The notes beneath the pieces are model-generated. The model was not told the origin of the DNA. It saw only the letters and a list, made by a program, of their open reading frames with translations, and did not search any database. From positions 3,158 to 67,157 of the forward strand of contig CAKTXZ010000013.1 of assembly GCA_934632155.1 (NCBI GenBank): 64,000 nt of DNA. Direction: 5' to 3'. The position numbers and the translations under genes were made by a program. Source of the stretch: an uncultured Clostridia bacterium. GTDB lineage: Bacteria; Bacillota; Clostridia; Christensenellales; Aristaeellaceae. How positions within the stretch are numbered: position 1 is the first letter of the stretch; every line of letters begins with the position of its first letter. This document shows positions 62,709 through 64,000 of this stretch, in pieces.

Positions 62709-63418
62709 TCCGCATCCTCCTCCGGCACGGCCATGCGGGCGACGCCCATCACATCCGTCACCGGCAGGCTGAAAACAATGCCGTGCCCCTCCGTTGTCAG
62801 CCCCGCGCCCTTGGTGATGGCCTGCATGATCGGCGTTTTATCCTCATGCTCCGTCAGAATCAGCACCATTTCCTTTTCGGGCTGAATGGTGATGCCCAGA
62901 AACTGCGCGGCCTCCTTCGCGTCCGCGCCGCGCGCATGCACCACCGTGCCGCCGCGCGCCCCGGCGGACAGCGCGGCGTCCATCACCAGCTCGGTATACC
63001 CTTTGTTCACGATCGCAATGATCAGATCATGCGCTGCGTTCTCCTGCTGCATGCCGTTTTTCCCCTCCTCGATAGCGGCGGGCGACTCCGCGCCCATGAG
63101 ATATTCCTTTGTTTTCGAACCGCCGATGCTGCCCACCGGCACGGTAAAGGCGACGCCCCTGCCGGGCAGATCGATATCCAGCGCGCGGGACAGGCAGCGC
63201 ATGGCGCGACGCGCCACGCCGCTTTGCACGAAGCTGACCACCACGTCCTTGGCCGTGTCCTTCAGCCCCAGCAGGCTCAGAATGCCCTTATGCGCCGTGC
63301 CCGTGCCCAGAAACACGAAATGCACCCGAACGTCCTGCTGCCGCAGCAGGGCGACCACGCCGTCGCCCTTGCCGCGATCCACGATGGTAAAGAGCATTTT
63401 CAACGATGCGTTTTGCAT
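62705..63418 (-). CDS. tandem P-II-like signal-transduction protein
   Basis: Two PII-like halves: MLFTIVDRGKGDGVVALL... and HDLIIAIVNKGYTELVMDAALSAGARGGTVVHARG. It lies directly downstream of a DUF1538 gene, the known pairing, and has an ATGA-type overlap with the CHAP gene. Confidence 0.6.
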   Translation of the reverse strand: MQNASLKMLFTIVDRGKGDGVVALLRQQDVRVHFVFLGTGTAHKGILSLLGLKDTAKDVVVSFVQSGVARRAMRCLSRALDIDLPGRGVAFTVPVGSIGGSKTKEYLMGAESPAAIEEGKNGMQQENAAHDLIIAIVNKGYTELVMDAALSAGARGGTVVHARGADAKEAAQFLGITIQPEKEMVLILTEHEDKTPIMQAITKGAGLTTEGHGIVFSLPVTDVMGVARMAVPEEDAE

Positions 63419-63438
63419 ACTTCCTCCCTTAGTACGCC

Positions 63439-64000
63439 TCAGACGTCGATGATTTCATCGTCGCCCGGCGCGCGTTCGTCCGTCGCGGGCTGCCGCCGCG
63501 CGCCGGCCTTGGATTTGACGCGATAGATCACGCCCAGCACCTCTATGGCGATCAGCGGCGTCATGGCGACCATCGCCACAATGCCAAAGGCGTCGCGAAG
63601 AATATTGCCGCCCAGCGCGCCGCACGCGCCCATCGCCAGCGGCAGCATGAACGCCGCCGTCATGGGGCCGGACGCCACGCCGCCCGAGTCGAACGCAATG
63701 GCGGTAAAAATCGGATCGGAGAAAAAGGAAAGCCCCAGCGCGATGGCATAGCCCGGCGCGATGAACCACCAGACGGATATGCCCGTGAGCACGCGCGTCA
63801 TGGCAAGGCCGACGGAAGCCGAAACGCCGATGGAAAGCGTGGTCATCATGACGGATTTTTTGATCGCGCCCGAGGTCACCTGCTCCACCTGCGCGTTGAG
63901 GACGTGCACAGCGGGCTCCGCCGCGACGACCATATAGCCCATCAGCATGCCCAGCGGAATGAGCATATATCGATACCGGCTCGCCGCGATGGCGCGGCCC
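63439..64000 (-). CDS. DUF1538-family membrane protein, partial (N-terminus beyond the right edge)
   Basis: The frame stays open to position 64000 (…GRAIAASRYRYMLIPLGMLMGYMVVAAEPAVHVLNAQVEQVTSG...), and the sequence is polytopic and hydrophobic. Confidence 0.6.
   Translation of the reverse strand, partial: GRAIAASRYRYMLIPLGMLMGYMVVAAEPAVHVLNAQVEQVTSGAIKKSVMMTTLSIGVSASVGLAMTRVLTGISVWWFIAPGYAIALGLSFFSDPIFTAIAFDSGGVASGPMTAAFMLPLAMGACGALGGNILRDAFGIVAMVAMTPLIAIEVLGVIYRVKSKAGARRQPATDERAPGDDEIIDV

Overview
Visibly GC-rich chromosomal segment that reads like a spore-forming member of the Clostridia. That placement is an inference from gene content and by-eye protein similarity; no search was run. 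I call 52 protein-coding genes, about 80% on the minus strand, and most are housekeeping. They include proS behind a T-box leader, tcdA, pfkA, a fused ispDF, rpoB-rpoC, galE, pgsA, rpsT, tsaD, secA-prfB and tex. There are also two sugar ABC uptake operons, a GH43 plus nucleoside-hydrolase pair, a split chromate-transporter pair with a divergent LysR regulator, and several cell-wall or spore-associated genes (CotH kinase, polysaccharide deacetylase, GH25-LysM muramidase, CHAP and peptidoglycan-binding proteins, DUF421/DUF4363). I recognised no rRNA, tRNA, transposase, integrase or prophage genes. Many ORF-track entries are GC-driven antisense shadow ORFs or over-extended N-termini, so I re-set starts using Shine-Dalgarno sequences and promoters. 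Four loci deserve a second look. (1) A ~1.1 kb non-coding gap (42212-43295) holds a mini-CRISPR array with no cas genes anywhere in the window: three intact 32-nt repeats followed by progressively decayed copies. (2) An EndoA/MazF-type toxin has no recognisable MazE. It carries a ~40-aa acidic, proline-rich tail and is chained to a 34-codon micro-ORF and a LysR gene through stop/start overlaps. (3) A perfect-consensus promoter drives a ~190-nt structured leader containing a 12-bp palindrome, upstream of a secreted protein of unknown function. (4) Smaller oddities include a doubly anchored solute-binding protein, a tandem-OB SSB paralog, and a PFK with a mixed ATP/PPi residue signature. I see no clear multi-gene novel system, and all functional calls remain unverified by search.
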